NCBI GenBank assembly: GCA_030390025.1
Contig: CM059433.1
Location: 4,092,001-4,156,000 of the forward strand
Length of the DNA: 64,000 nucleotides
Direction of reading: 5' to 3'
From: Squalus acanthias
Taxonomy: Eukaryota
A program made the position numbers and the translations under genes. The notes beneath the pieces are model-generated. The model did not search any database, was not told where the DNA came from, and worked only from the letters and a program-made list of their open reading frames with translations. Of this stretch, positions 1-12,808 are shown in pieces (the stretch's first letter is position 1; every line of letters starts with the position of its first letter).

Positions 1-1380
1 AAATTGTGCGCAGACTCGCCCGAGTTCTGATATGTGCTCTCAGCGAGAGGGCAAAGTCAGAAAAGGACCCCGATTGTATTGCACTAACACGTTGTAAGCC
101 TTGTTCTATTTCCACCCCTCCCCCTCAGGAGAAGCTCTATGGGATTTCCACATCACAGCACTAAGGAGGGGAGAGGGACCTGCAAGTATCTATTAATGTG
201 GCATAACAGGCACCACTGTTGATGCAATAGCAATAACGGCACCATCTTAGAGGTTGCATGGCCATATCGCTGTGTTCCCATCTCCAGATTCAGCCCCTGC
301 AAATTAATCACAGTATCACCACCCGCCGCCTTGTCTGGCCAGGGGTCTCAAACGCCACTTAGGCTGTTATATTTGGAGAAGGGCAAAGCGAACATTATAC
401 TACCGAGACAACCAGCATCGGGCCCACTTTGCATATTTAAGCCGCCTTATGCCTGTTCCAGACCAGCAGCCTATTTACAGGCCTGACTGAATGTTGCATC
501 AGGCAGGCCTTGGTCATCAAAGGGGCAGCTGAGAACCCCCCCTCTCCGTGCCCCCCCCCCACTCAATTTTCAACCGCTGGCCGCCTGTTTTGCATGTGTT
601 GAATTTCTTCCCCCCAGGCGTAAGCATTCTTGATCATTTTTCACAATTGCTCATGCATTCAGCGGAACTAATGACATTATATCTGACTTTGTGTTGGATC
701 AGTGGTGAGTTTAAAGATTAATCTAAGAAAATTCTGAAATAGTTTTGACTTCGAAGGGTGGAGATGAAAAGAATAATTATGAATGCTGCGCCCTCAAATA
801 AATCGGAAAATGCTGGCGATGCACGAGGAGATCTGTACCTATCTCCTTAAACTCCTCCACTTTCAAACCTCTTCCCCCACCTCTTTGCTCGTGCCTCTGT
901 TCAGCTCTCCCAATTCTTCTGCTTCTTGTGCTGGGCATTTATCTCTCCTCTGTACAGTACTTTGGGGGTTCATTACGTTAAAAGCACTACAGAAATTCAG
1001 CCCTCTTTCAGTTAACGTTACTGCTTGAATTTGGAATAATTTCCACTTCGAGCACCCAGTGTCAGGAACAAGCACTCCCAGGTCAGGTATAACATAGTTA
1101 GAAACACTGGCTCAACAATGTGCCTCGACCCCAAACTTAGAAGGGCATCAATGTGACAATTTCCATGCCAGCCATTCAGTAATCTCTCGGAGCAAGATTC
1201 TCAATTTAGTGCTGTATTAAGGGCATGTTTTTGTCCTGTGGTCCCATGCCCACTAAGGACTGGACTGAGGCTGCCCAAACTCATTCCATACAGGATGCTT
1301 ACAGCCAATAGACGGCGGAGACTTTCATTCCATTTGTCTGGGCTGCATTTGAACCCAGTTCCCAGAGGCGAAAGGCCACT

Positions 1381-1563
1381 GGCGATCCTTTTAACATTTG
1401 CCGATGGTGTAAAATGAAAGATACCAGTTTGGCCGTCCATTATACACCTTGCTCGATTTTCCTTATTGAAATCAATGGAGAGGAAAATTGGGCGGGTTGT
1501 ATAGTGAGCAGCCGATCTGATATCGCCCAGTTTACACCATTGCCGAAAGTTAAAATTACCCCC
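1381..1563. mobile_element. Degenerate fold-back (palindromic) MITE with a Harbinger-like end
   Basis: TTTAACATTTGCCGATGGTGTAAAATG is mirrored by CAGTTTACACCATTGCCGAAAGTTAAAA around a TTATTGAAATCAATGG centre. It ends AAAATTACCCCC, like other Harbinger-type ends in the window. Confidence 0.55.
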
Positions 1564-2144
1564 ACTACGTCTAAACCCACTACACTACCCAGTCCCTCCC
1601 CCTGACCACCACCGCACCCCTACACCCCCGCCCACAACTGTTTATTTTTAAATTCCTTTTCCCAATTAAAAACTTTATTTTTTTTTCCTTTTCCTTGCAC
1701 GTATTATCCCTAATTGGGCAGGATAAACTGAACTGACCTGGAGGCAGCAGTGCAATCCTCAACATTACTGCTCGATGTCCAGGCAGCAAGAGGCACAGTT
1801 CAAATGGGTGAGTGTCTAGTGTTTGTTCTCTCCAGGCTATGCGAGGCCATCTCTCATCTGCATTGTGCTCCAAAACGGTGGCCTGACTAACAACTCACAA
1901 AACTGAGACGAATGAGTCCAATATCGGGCGGCGGTAGCAATCGTGCAGTCACTGCGTTGAACCAGGTCAGCTAAACAGCTCTTTACACAGTTACAGCCAG
2001 TCATGTACTGTAATCAAAAATACTGCATGGTGTCCGTACACTTCCTGCGAAATAATTTAGGTGTAACTTCTTCTCACGTTGCTCACAAGAATATTCTGGT
2101 GTGACTTTCATACATTGAAAATAAATGAAAAATTGCTATTCCAG

Positions 2145-2229
2145 TTTCCGGGATTGCAAAGGCTAATAATCCTCCGGTTACCGACCAAAAATCAGTAACA
2201 TCATCAACTTCATCACCGGATAAACACAG
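2145..2229 (+). CDS. Speculative host exon (xSGIAKANNPPVTDQKSVTSSTSSPDKH)
   Basis: ttccag acceptor and AG|gtgtgt donor. Open frame, phase-compatible with the 15508 candidate. Weak polypyrimidine tract; no recognised homology. Confidence 0.2.
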
Positions 2230-2546
2230 GTGTGTCATGATGCTTAAAAAGAAATTAAAATGTGAAATAGGTTATTTAAAATATTACTCAATTTCTGAAG
2301 ACATGTGAGATGCAGAGGACACTTGATGGTGACCGTATTCTGATATCCACAATCTCACTTTACCTTACTTCAACTCTGGATTACTGATAATCCTCCATTC
2401 CTCCACTGCACTCAGAGGCTGATCTTTCAATACCTGATCTTCAGAACTCTCTTGCAAAACCACTTTAGATTCCTATTTCTCTCTCTTCCTTCAAAAAGCT
2501 CCTAAAAAAAGAGCTATGTCTTCAACCATGCTTTCGATCCATGAAT

Positions 2547-3442
2547 TTTTTATTTTTTTAATTTGTTTATGGGATGTGGGCGTCGCTGGCAAGGCCAGCA
2601 TTTATTGCCCATCCCTAATCGCCCTTGAGAAGGTGGTGGTGAGCCATCTTCTTGAACTGCTGCAGTCCGTGTGGTGAAGGTACTCCCACAGTGCTGTTAG
2701 GGAGGGAGTTTCAGGATTTTGACCCAGCGACGATGAAGGAACGACGATATACTTCCAAGTCAGGGTGGTGTGTGACTTGGAGGAGAACTTGGAGGTGGTG
2801 GTGTTCCCATGCGCCTGCTGCCCTTGTCCTTCTAGGTGGAAGAGGTCGCGGGTTTGGGAGGTGCTGCTGAAGAAGCCTTGGCGAGTTGCTGCAGTGCATC
2901 TTGTAGATGGTACACACTGTAGACACGGTACGCCGGTGGAGGAGGGAGTGAATGTTTAAGGTGTTGGATGGGGTGCCAATCAAGTGGGCTGCTTTGTCCT
3001 GGATGGTGTCGAGCTTCTTGAGTGCTGTTGGAGCTGCACTCATCCAGGCAAGTGGAGAGTATTCCATTACACTCTTTACTTGTGCCTTGTAGATGGTGGA
3101 AAGGCTTTGGGGAGTCAGGAGATGAGACACTCGCCGCAGAATACCTAGCCTCTGACCTGTTCTTGTAGCCACAGTATTTATGTGGCTGGTCCAGTTAAGT
3201 TTCTGATCAATGCTGACCCCCAGGATGTTGATGGTGGGGGATTCGGCGATGGTAATGCAGTTGAATGTCAAGGGGAGGTGGTTAGGCTCCCGCTTGTTGG
3301 AGATAGTCATTGCCTGGCACTTCTGTGGCGCGAATGTTACCTGCCACTTATCAGCCCAAGCCTGAACGCCGTCCAGGTCTTGTTGCATGCGGGCACGGAC
3401 TGCTTCATTATCTGAGGAGTTGTGAATGGCGCTGAACACTGT
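2547..3442 (-). mobile_element. 5'-truncated non-LTR retrotransposon (CR1/L2/Jockey group), RT C-terminus plus 3' UTR
   Basis: ORF 2711-3439: WADKWQVTFAPQKC...LGVSIDQKLNWTSHI...IYKAQVKSVMEYSPLAW. The same family recurs at about 18.0, 41.7, 42.8 and 58.2 kb. Confidence 0.85.
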
Positions 3443-3644
3443 GCCTTAATCCTTCCAGTTTCCTGCATGGCACTTTCCTATCCCCCTTGCAAAGTGTTCC
3501 TACATGAGGTGCACTATAGAAATGCAAGTCATTGTGATTTATGAATGAGTCTACTGCGTAACAGGTGAGCAGCCAACTGAAGAGTGTATTATGCCTGGTC
3601 TGCTCTTTCACTTGTACAGATATCACATTACAGTAACAGGCTGA

Positions 3645-4224
3645 AGTACATCCTGCTACAACTGTACAGGGTATTGGTGAGACCACACCTTGAGTACTGC
3701 GTACAGTTTTGGTCTCCTTATTTAAGGAAGGATATTGGAGGCAGTTCAGAGACGATTCACACGGTTGATTCCTGAGGTGAGGGGGTTGACTGATGAAGAA
3801 AAGTTGAGCAGGTTGGGCCTATACTCATTGGAATATAGAAAAATGAGAGGTGATCTTATTGAAACATATAAGATACTGAGGGGGCTCGACAAGGTAGATG
3901 CAGAGAGGATGTTTCCCCTCATGGGGAACTCTAGAACTCGGGGGCATAGTTTCAGAATAAAGGGTCGCCCTTTTAGAACTGAGATGAGGAGGAATTTCTT
4001 CTCTCAGAGGGTTGTAAATCTGTGGAATTCTCTGCCCCATAGAGCTGTGGAGGCTGGGTCACTAAATACATTTAAGGTGGAGATAGACAGATTTTTGCAA
4101 GATAAGGGAGTGAAGGGTTATGGGGAGCGGGCAGGGAAGTGGCTTTGAGCCCGAGATCAGCCATGATCTTATTGAATCGCTCGAGGGGCCAAGTGGCCTA
4201 TTCCTGCTCCTATTTCTTATATTT
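3645..4224 (+). mobile_element. CR1 LINE 3' fragment
   Basis: LYRVLVRPHLEYCVQFWSP...RGDLIETYKIL...RRNFFSQRVVNLWNSLP, followed by a CR1-type 3' UTR. Confidence 0.9.
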
Positions 4225-5103
4225 CTGAAATGCAAATGCTGAGAAATATCAGCCCTTTTATTGCATAATAGATTCCTTTTTAATGTCTACATTTGGTTGG
4301 GTGGAGGCAGAGCATTAATTGACATAATATAGCAGTGCATTCCAACCAATATTGCTGTTAACGGGAAGCAGCAATGTATGAAGCACTTTGGGAATCCCTG
4401 AGGGTGTGATAAGGTGCTACATAAATTTATACTCTTTCTTTCTATGGCATATTACTAAGTTCTGTGGCCTGTCTGACGCTGGGCCGTGTCCATGATAGAA
4501 AAGCAAATAATACATCAGGGAGCTGTTGGACTAATAACTTATCCAATTTATGATCACATTGAAGCCACCAGTAATAAAGGATCCCCTCAGCATCCCTTGC
4601 GTTCACACTACACTAATGGGCTGGCTATGATCCTTGAGTCATGTAATTCCATTCCGTGCGAGCGGACGCCGCATTATAAATGGAGTGTTTGTCTCACATC
4701 AAATCACAAAGGAAAGGTTCAAAGGGGGCGAGAATCTAAAAGTTGCAGCTGCTCCAGGTCGGCAGTCGCCTCCGAATGGTTTTCGAAACGTGTCAGCCTG
4801 GCTGAGCAGCGAGCCGCGATTCACTCTCAACATCTGAGCATCAAACCCCGCTGGGATCAATTTGTTCCTTCATTCACACAGCACAGAAGAATGCGCTGAT
4901 GTCACCCAAAATGACGTCAATGCAGTGGGACCTGTGATGTGATTTTGAAAAGAAATCCTTTATCCCTGAAATATTTGCCTCCATTCGTCACTGTCACCGA
5001 GGCCTGGTTTGTTTCACCTTCCCGATAGTTTCACGCTCACCTCCGTGCCTGCGCCGTTTACACCAGCGATTCAACCGATTGCATTTGTTTTTCTTAATTG
5101 CAG

Positions 5104-5213
5104 GCGCGCACTTACACGAACATAGGATGGACCCAATGTCGATGCGATTGATTGCAGTATTTAACCATATCGTGGGCAAAGTTGTAGAATTAATGGAAAA
5201 TTCACTCGGGCAA
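5104..5213 (+). CDS. Speculative host exon (xAHLHEHRMDPMSMRLIAVFNHIVGKVVELMENSLGQ)
   Basis: ttgtttttcttaattgcag acceptor and CAA|gtgaga donor; only one frame is open. Its phase is not directly compatible with the neighbouring candidates. Confidence 0.2.
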
Positions 5214-6370
5214 GTGAGATTTAAAATAGAGAGATTAAACTTTTGAAATATAAAATGTAACTACACTGCCAACAACATGGATTTTCTGCTTTAATGCTGG
5301 AAGGATTATTAAAACAATCCAAATGCCAGATATTATAATCCACATCATGCACTTTCACGCTGCTTGAAATGGTAACCAAGGTAATTGTTGAAATTAACAT
5401 AGTGTTGTCATATGTCATTGTCAACTCAGATGAAAAGACTGCATTAGAGGATTTCTTAGATTACATAATTGTAATATTTGTCACTGCATGTTCTTGCTGG
5501 GTTTATATGTTCAAAATGTAGTAGTCCCTGCTGTTTCAGCCTCTTCCTCTGATTTAAAACAGGCCCTTTGCCCGCTCCTTGTCCCTGCTCCCTCCCCACC
5601 CCGATTAACCAGCTCCTTCCTGCGTTGCTGCTAGCTCCGTGCTCATTCCCAACCCCCGACCACCTCTGGAGCCGGTGCCACCCCTATCTTTTGACCTACT
5701 ATCCAAGGGAAGGCCGGCCTCCCTTCAATCGGCACTCTGTATCAGCCACCCCTGAAACATCGCCCTCCTGCCCAGTGGCCACCTCTCCTGTCGGCCCACG
5801 CTCTTCCTCAGTTGGCGCCGACTCTCCCGTTTGTCTACCAGAATCCTCCTCTCTCTCAGCTCGAGCCTTCAGCACTCTTTCCAACTCTTGCATTTTTGGG
5901 ACCAAAACTGCCGCCTTGGTGCCAATTCCCGTCCACGCTCCTTCTCCTGCCTACAGCTACTGCTGTAATTCTTCCCACTGGGAATCTGCAAGCTCTAGTT
6001 GTATAACATATGAAAAAAAAAATCACTGGTGCAAATGATTATTTTTGCATCCAATCATCTCCCATTTCTCTTCTTATATTGTCGGTAATTCTGGTTGGGG
6101 TACGGTCCAGTGAGCACCAGCAGTCTCTGTAGGGTTTCCAACCCTGGTTAGACACGTTCCTGGAGGTGTGATCACGTGACATAGGATCACATGATGCTCT
6201 CCCGCAGTTTGCAACTGTTATTGCATTCACCTTGTAACGTTAGGCCGCACGTGTTAAACGCTCTCCTCTAACTGTTCTGTCCGAGAAGAACCCTCGCACA
6301 CGGTTTCTCCGTGTCTGAAGCATTCTCAAGCTGCCTGTCCCTGTTATCAGAAATCCCTGCCCCCCATTAA

Positions 6371-6628
6371 ACAAAGAAAGAAAGACTTGCATTTATATAG
6401 AGCCTTTCACGACCACCGGACGTCTCAAAGCGCTTTACAGCCAATGAAGTACTTTTAAAGTGGAGTCACTGTTGTAATGTGGGAACTGCAGTAGCCAATT
6501 TGCACACAGCAAGCTCCCACAAACAGCAACCTGATAATGGCCAGATAATCTGTTTTTATTATGTTGTTTGAGGGATAAATATTGGCCTCAGGACACTGGG
6601 GATAACTCACCTGCTCTTCAAAATAGTG
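6371..6628 (-). mobile_element. DeuSINE (SacSINE1-like), 3' part, split by a Penelope insertion
   Basis: Colinear with the intact copy at 43395-43864; L2-like 3' tail; resumes at 10786. Confidence 0.85.
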
Positions 6629-6720
6629 GTCATGATGCGGAGATGCCGGTGTTGGACTGGGGTGGACAAAATTGAGAGGTCGCACAACACCAGGTTATAG
6701 TCCAACAGTTTTATTTGAAA

Positions 6721-6758
6721 TCACAAGCTTTCGGAACTATCGCTCCTTCCTCAGGTGA
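6721..6758 (-). ncRNA. Minimal type I hammerhead ribozyme (Penelope pLTR)
   Basis: Exact inverted copy of 10705-10742. Confidence 0.75.
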
Positions 6759-7092
6759 AGTAAATTGGATACAGAATCGTCAGAGCATATATAGATGGAA
6801 AAAAAAGCATGTGTACTTTACAATTGCAGACCAATAAATTAAATCATCCTGACTATCTGCCGAGGTGTGATAAAGTTAATTAAGTCAGCCAGGAAGGTAC
6901 CACATCAAAAGACATAGCAAGATACAACTGAGACAATGAGGTGGAGTCGCAGGGGTTCTAACGTGTCAAAAGCTGCCGTCTGTATGTAAAACGAAAAGCT
7001 TTAAAAAAAAATTTACTTTTTTACTGGGAAAATTTTTACTTTTTTACTGGGAATCACATCTGTGAACAAGCTAACGACGACTCGAGTCCGGA

Positions 7093-8462
7093 TCACGTCA
7101 TGTATCGTGACATAAACCCAAGATCCCGATTGAGACCGTCTTCATGAGTGCAGAACTTGGCTATCAGTTTCTGCTCGATGATTTTGCGTTGTCGTGTGTT
7201 TCTAAGGTTGCCTTGGAGAACGCTTACCCGCAGATCCGAGGCTGAATGTCCTTGACTGCTGAAGTGTTCCCCGACTGGGAGGGAACAATCCTGCCTGGCG
7301 ATTGTTGCGCGGTGCTCGTTCATACGTTGTCTCAGTGTCTGCATGGTCTCGCCGATGTACCATGCCGCGGTGCATTCTTTCCTGCAACGTATGAGGTAGA
7401 CAACGTTGGCCGAGTCACATGAGTATGTACCATGTACCTGGTGGGTAGTGTCCTCACGTGTGATGGTGGTATCTGTGTTGATGATCTGGCATGTCTTGCA
7501 GAGTTTGCCATGGCAGGGTTGTGTGGTGTCGTGGTCGCTGTTATCCTGAAAGCTGGGTAATTTGCTGCGAACGATGGTACTTCTGAGGTTAGGCGGCTGT
7601 TTGAAGGCAAGTAGTGGAGGCGTGGGGATGGCCTTAGCGAGGTGTTTGTCGTCATCGATGACATGTTGAAGGCTGCGAAGAACATGTCGTAGTTTCTCCG
7701 CTCCGGGGAAGTACTGGACGACGTAGGGTACCCTGTTGGTTGTGTCCCGTGTTTGCCTTCTGAGGAGGTCTATGCGATTTTTCGCTGTGGCCCGTCGGAA
7801 CTGTCGATCGATGAGTCGAGCGTCATATCCCGTTCTTACGAGGGCGTTTTTCAGCGTCCGTAGGTGTCCATCGCGTTCCTCCTCGTCTGAGCAGATCCTG
7901 TGTATTCGCAGGGCTTGTCCATAGGGGATGGCTTCTTTAACATGGTTAGGGTGGAAGCTGGAGAAGTGGAGCATCGTGAGGTTGTCCGTGGGCTTGCGGT
8001 AGAGTGAAGTGCTGAGGTGTCCGTCTTTGATGGAGATTCGTGTGTCCAGGAATGAGACCGATTCTGAGGAGTAGTCCATGGTGAGTTTGATGGTGGGATG
8101 GAACTTGTTTATGTTATCGTGTAGTCTTTTCAGTGATCCTTCGCCATGGGTCCAAAGGAAGAAAATGTCGTCGATGTATCTGGTGTACAGCGTTGGCTGG
8201 AGGTCCTGTGCAGCGAAGAAGTCTTGCTCGAACTTGTGCATGAAGATGTTGGCGTATTGGGGTGCGAATTTGGTCCCCATGGCTGTTCCGTGTGTTTGGG
8301 TAAAAAAATGGTTGTCGAAGGTGAAGACATTGTGGTCAAGGATGAAGCGGATGAGTTGTAGGATGGCGTCTGGAGATTGGCTGTTGTTGATGTTGAGTAC
8401 TGAGGCTGTTGCAGCGATGCCGTCATCGTGGGGGATACTGGTGTAGAGTGCCGATACGTCCA
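7093..8462 (-). CDS. Inverted partial copy of the Penelope RT/GIY-YIG ORF
   Basis: 457-aa ORF matching the C-terminal part of the + ORF, with only about 3 aa differences. Confidence 0.9.
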
Positions 8463-10370
8463 GCATCCGCCGGATTCATCAGCCGCACTCACAAAACAGT
8501 CCAGAATGTCACCCGAGCACAACGCAACGCCATCCACGCTCTCAAGACCAACCGCAACATTGTCATCAAACCAGCGGACAAAGGAGGAGCCATCGTCATA
8601 CAGAACAGAACGGACTATTGTAAAGAAGCATACCGACAACTGGACAACCAGGAACACTACAGACAGCTACCCGCAGATCCGACCAAAGAACACACCCGCC
8701 AACTCAATAGACTGATCAAGACCTTCGATCCAGACCTTCAAAACATCCTACGCGCTCTCATCCCACGTACTCCCCGCGTGGGAGACTTCTACTGCCTCCC
8801 AAAGATACACAAAGCCAACACACCCGGACGTCCTATCGTATCAGGCAATGGAACCCTGTGTGAGAACCTCTCTGGATACGTCGAGGGCATTCTGAAACCC
8901 ATCGTACAGGGAACCCCCAGCTTCTGTCGCGACACTACAGACTTCTTACAGAAACTCAGCACCCACGGACCAGTTGAACCAGGAACACTCCTTGCCACGA
9001 TGGACGTATCGGCACTCTACACCAGTAGCCCCCACGATGACGGCATCGCTGCAACAGCCTCAGTACTCAACATCAACAACAGCCAATCTCCAGACGCCAT
9101 CCTACAACTCATCCGCTTCATCCTTGACCACAATGTCTTCACCTTCGACAACCATTTTTTTACCCAAACACACGGAACAGCCATGGGGACCAAATTCGCA
9201 CCCCAATACGCCAACATCTTCATGCACAAGTTCGAGCAAGACTTCTTCGCTGCACAGGACCTCCAGCCAACGCTGTACACCAGATACATCGACGACATTT
9301 TCTTCCTTTGGACCCATGGCGAAGGATCACTGAAAAGACTACACGATAACATAAACAAGTTCCATCCCACCATCAAACTCACCATGGACTACTCCTCAGA
9401 ATCGGTCTCATTCCTGGACACACGAATCTCCATCAAAGACGGACACCTCAGCACTTCACTCTACCGCAAGCCCACGGACAACCTCACGATGCTCCACTTC
9501 TCCAGCTTCCACCCTAACCATGTTAAAGAAGCCATCCCCTATGGACAAGCCCTGCGAATACACAGGATCTGCTCAGACGAGGAGGAATGCGATGGACACC
9601 TACGGATGCTGAAAAACGCCCTCGTAAGAACGGGATATGACGCTCGACTCATCGATCGACAGTTCCGACGGGCCACAGCGAAAAATCGCATAGACCTCCT
9701 CAGAAGGCAAACACGGGACACAACCAACAGGGTACCCTACGTCGTCCAGTACTTCCCCGGAGCGGAGAAACTACGACATGTTCTTCGCAGCCTTCAACAT
9801 GTCATCGATGACGACAAACACCTCGCTAAGGCCATCCCCACGCCTCCACTACTTGCCTTCAAACAGCCGCCTAACCTCAGAAGTACCATCGTTCGCAGCA
9901 AATTACCCAGCTTTCAGGATAACAGCGACCACGACACCACACAACCCTGCCATGGCAAACTCTGCAAGACATGCCAGATCATCAACACAGATACCACCAT
10001 CACACGTGAGGACACTACCCACCAGGTACATGGTACATACTCATGTGACTCGGCCAACGTTGTCTACCTCATACGTTGCAGGAAAGAATGCACCGCGGCA
10101 TGGTACATCGGCGAGACCATGCAGACACTGAGACAACGTATGAACGAGCACCGCGCAACAATCGCCAGGCAGGATTGTTCCCTCCCAGTCGGGGAACACT
10201 TCAGCAGTCAAGGACATTCAGCCTCGGATCTGCGGGTAAGCGTTCTCCAAGGCAACCTTAGAAACACACGACAACGCAAAATCATCGAGCAGAAACTGAT
10301 AGCCAAGTTCTGCACTCATGAAGACGGTCTCAATCGGGATCTTGGGTTTATGTCACGATACATGACGTGA
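8463..10370 (+). CDS. Penelope (Neptune) reverse transcriptase-GIY-YIG endonuclease ORF, 5'-truncated but uninterrupted
   Basis: IVIKPADKGGAIV (PLE DKG motif), LPKIHK, GTAMG, RYIDDIF, Cys linker CHGKLCKTC, GIY-YIG VVYLIRC...WYIGET...RMNEH and terminal GLNRD. Confidence 0.95.
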   Translation, partial: ASAGFISRTHKTVQNVTRAQRNAIHALKTNRNIVIKPADKGGAIVIQNRTDYCKEAYRQLDNQEHYRQLPADPTKEHTRQLNRLIKTFDPDLQNILRALIPRTPRVGDFYCLPKIHKANTPGRPIVSGNGTLCENLSGYVEGILKPIVQGTPSFCRDTTDFLQKLSTHGPVEPGTLLATMDVSALYTSSPHDDGIAATASVLNINNSQSPDAILQLIRFILDHNVFTFDNHFFTQTHGTAMGTKFAPQYANIFMHKFEQDFFAAQDLQPTLYTRYIDDIFFLWTHGEGSLKRLHDNINKFHPTIKLTMDYSSESVSFLDTRISIKDGHLSTSLYRKPTDNLTMLHFSSFHPNHVKEAIPYGQALRIHRICSDEEECDGHLRMLKNALVRTGYDARLIDRQFRRATAKNRIDLLRRQTRDTTNRVPYVVQYFPGAEKLRHVLRSLQHVIDDDKHLAKAIPTPPLLAFKQPPNLRSTIVRSKLPSFQDNSDHDTTQPCHGKLCKTCQIINTDTTITREDTTHQVHGTYSCDSANVVYLIRCRKECTAAWYIGETMQTLRQRMNEHRATIARQDCSLPVGEHFSSQGHSASDLRVSVLQGNLRNTRQRKIIEQKLIAKFCTHEDGLNRDLGFMSRYMT

Positions 10371-10704
10371 TCCGGACTCGAGTCGTCGTTAGCTTGTTCA
10401 CAGATGTGATTCCCAGTAAAAAAGTAAAAATTTTCCCAGTAAAAAAGTAAATTTTTTTTTAAAGCTTTTCGTTTTACATACAGACGGCAGCTTTTGACAC
10501 GTTAGAACCCCTGCGACTCCACCTCATTGTCTCAGTTGTATCTTGCTATGTCTTTTGATGTGGTACCTTCCTGGCTGACTTAATTAACTTTATCACACCT
10601 CGGCAGATAGTCAGGATGATTTAATTTATTGGTCTGCAATTGTAAAGTACACATGCTTTTTTTTCCATCTATATATGCTCTGACGATTCTGTATCCAATT
10701 TACT

Positions 10705-10742
10705 TCACCTGAGGAAGGAGCGATAGTTCCGAAAGCTTGTGA
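10705..10742 (+). ncRNA. Minimal type I hammerhead ribozyme (Penelope pLTR)
   Basis: UCAC-CUGAGGA-A-GGAGC(GAUA)GUUCC-GAAA-GC-UU-GUGA: stem I, core, stem II and palindromic AAGCUU in place of stem III. Confidence 0.75.
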
Positions 10743-10785
10743 TTTCAAATAAAACTGTTGGACTATAACCTGGTGTTGTGCGACC

Positions 10786-10968
10786 CTTCAAAATAGTGCC
10801 ATGGGATCTTTTATGTCCACCTGAGAGAGCAGACGGGGCCTCGGTTTAACATCTCATCCGAAAGACGGCACCTCTGACAGGGCAGCACTCCCTCAGCACT
10901 GCACTGGGGTGTCAGCCTAGTTTTATGTGCTCAAGTCCCTGGAGTGAGACTTGAACCCACAACCTTCT
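10786..10968 (-). mobile_element. DeuSINE 5' part (Deu domain and B box)
   Basis: Minus strand contains CTTTCGGATGAGATGTTAAACCGAGGCCCCG (Deu core) and a GGTTCAAGTC B box; continues the copy split at 6628. Confidence 0.85.
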
Positions 10969-10983
10969 GTGCGCATTTACCGG

Positions 10984-11045
10984 CAGAGCCGGATTAGGAA
11001 TTGTTGGGACTTTGGGCAGCAAGAACATTCACGGCCCTTCCGCAT
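10984..11045 (+). mobile_element. Possible hAT (Tip100-like) element terminus
   Basis: CAGAGCCGGATTAGG resembles CAGGGCCGGATT hAT termini; no matching right end was found. Confidence 0.35.
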
Positions 11046-12808
11046 CACCACCCCCCCACACACAGCCCCACCACCACCCCCGCCCCCACACAACCCCACC
11101 CCCCCCCCACACAACCCCCCCCCCACACAACCCCACCCCCCACCCCACACAACCCCACCCCCCACACACAACCCCACCCCCCCACCCCACACAACCCCCT
11201 CCCCCACACAACCACACCTCCCCCACACAACCCCACCCCCCCACCCCACACAACCCCCTCCCCCACACAACCACACCTCCCCCACACAGCCCCACCACCC
11301 CCCCCACACAACCCCACCCCCCCCCACACAACACCCCCCCACACAACCACACCCCCCCACCCCACCCTCACAACCCCACCCCCACACACAACCCCACCCC
11401 CCACACAACCCACCCCCCCCCACACAGCCCCACCCCCCCCACCCCCCCCCCCACACAACCCCCACCCCCACCACAACACACCCCCACACAACCCACCCCC
11501 CCCCACACAACCCACCCCCCACACAACCCCACACAACCCCCCCCCACACAACCCCACCCCCCCACACAACCCCCCCACACAGCCCCACCCCCCACACAAC
11601 CCCCCCACACAGCCCTACCCCCCCCACACAGCCCCACCCCCCCCACACAACCCCACCCCCCCACACACCCCACCCCCACACCAGCCCCACCCCCCACCAC
11701 AGCCCCCCCCCCCACAACCCCCCCCCCACACAACCCCACCCCCCACACAACCCCACCCCACCCCCCCCACCCAACCCCACCCCCCCACCCAACCCCACCC
11801 CCCCCACACAGCCCCACCCCCCCACACAACCCCACCCCCACACACAACCCCACCCCCCCCACACAAGCCCCACCCCCACACACAACCCCACCCCCCCACC
11901 CAACCCCACCCCCCACACACAGCCCCACCCCCCCCACACAACCCCACCCCCACACACAACCCACCCCCCCCACACAGCCCCACCCCCACACACAACCCCC
12001 CCCCCACACACAACCCCCCCACCCCCACACACAACCCCACCCCCCCACACAACCCCACCCCCACACACAACCCCACCCCCCACACACAACCCCACCCCCC
12101 CACACAACCCCACCCCCACACACAACCCCCCCCCCCACACAGCCCCACCCCCCACACACAACCCCACCCCCCCACCCAACCCCACCCCCACACACAACCC
12201 CACCCCCACACACAACCCCACCCCCCACACACAACCCCCCCACACAACCCCACCCCCCACACACAACCCCACCCCCCCCACACAACCCCACCCCCCACAC
12301 AACCCCACCCCCCCCACACAACCCCACCCCCCCACACAACCCCCCCCCACCCAACCCCACCCCCCATACACAGCCCCACCCCCCCACACAACCCCACCCC
12401 CCACACAACCCCACCCCCCCACACAACCCCACACCCCCCACACAACCCCCCCCCCACACAACCCCATCCCCCCACACAACCCCAAACCAACCCCACACCC
12501 CACACAACCCCACACCCCACACAACCCCCCCCACACACAACCCCCCCCACACAACCCCACCCCCCCACACAACCCCCCCCACACAGCCCCACCCCCCCCA
12601 CACAACCCCCCCCCACACAGCCCCACCCCCCCACACAACCCCACCCCCCACACAACCCCACCCCCCCACACACAACCCCAACCCCCCCCACACACAACCC
12701 CTCCCCCCCACCCCCCCCACACAACCCCACCCCCCCACTCCCACACACACAACCCCACCCCCCCCACACACAACCCCAACCCCCCCCCACACAACCCCAC
12801 CCCCCACA
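11046..12808. repeat. C/A-rich imperfect minisatellite (about CACACAACCCCACCCC+), G-quadruplex-prone on the minus strand
   Basis: About 1.75 kb of roughly 16-20 nt units with variable C runs. Confidence 0.95.

Larger units (their letters stand above)
6629..10785. mobile_element. Penelope-like element (Neptune type) with inverted two-arm structure
   Basis: 6678-8462 is the reverse complement of 9001-10785. A 49-nt extra tail sits at 6629-6677. The 13-bp TSD CTTCAAAATAGTG is at 6616-6628 and 10786-10798. Confidence 0.95.

Noticed and set aside
8409..8462. N-terminus (MQRCRHRGGYW...) of the 653-aa Penelope ORF
   Set aside because: Derived from the antisense arm across the inversion junction; the true 5' end is missing.
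6678..10785. Assembly artefact (fold-back chimera) as the explanation for the large inverted repeat
   Set aside because: A clean TSD within a split SINE, a few arm differences, and three other insertions with the same design argue that it is real.
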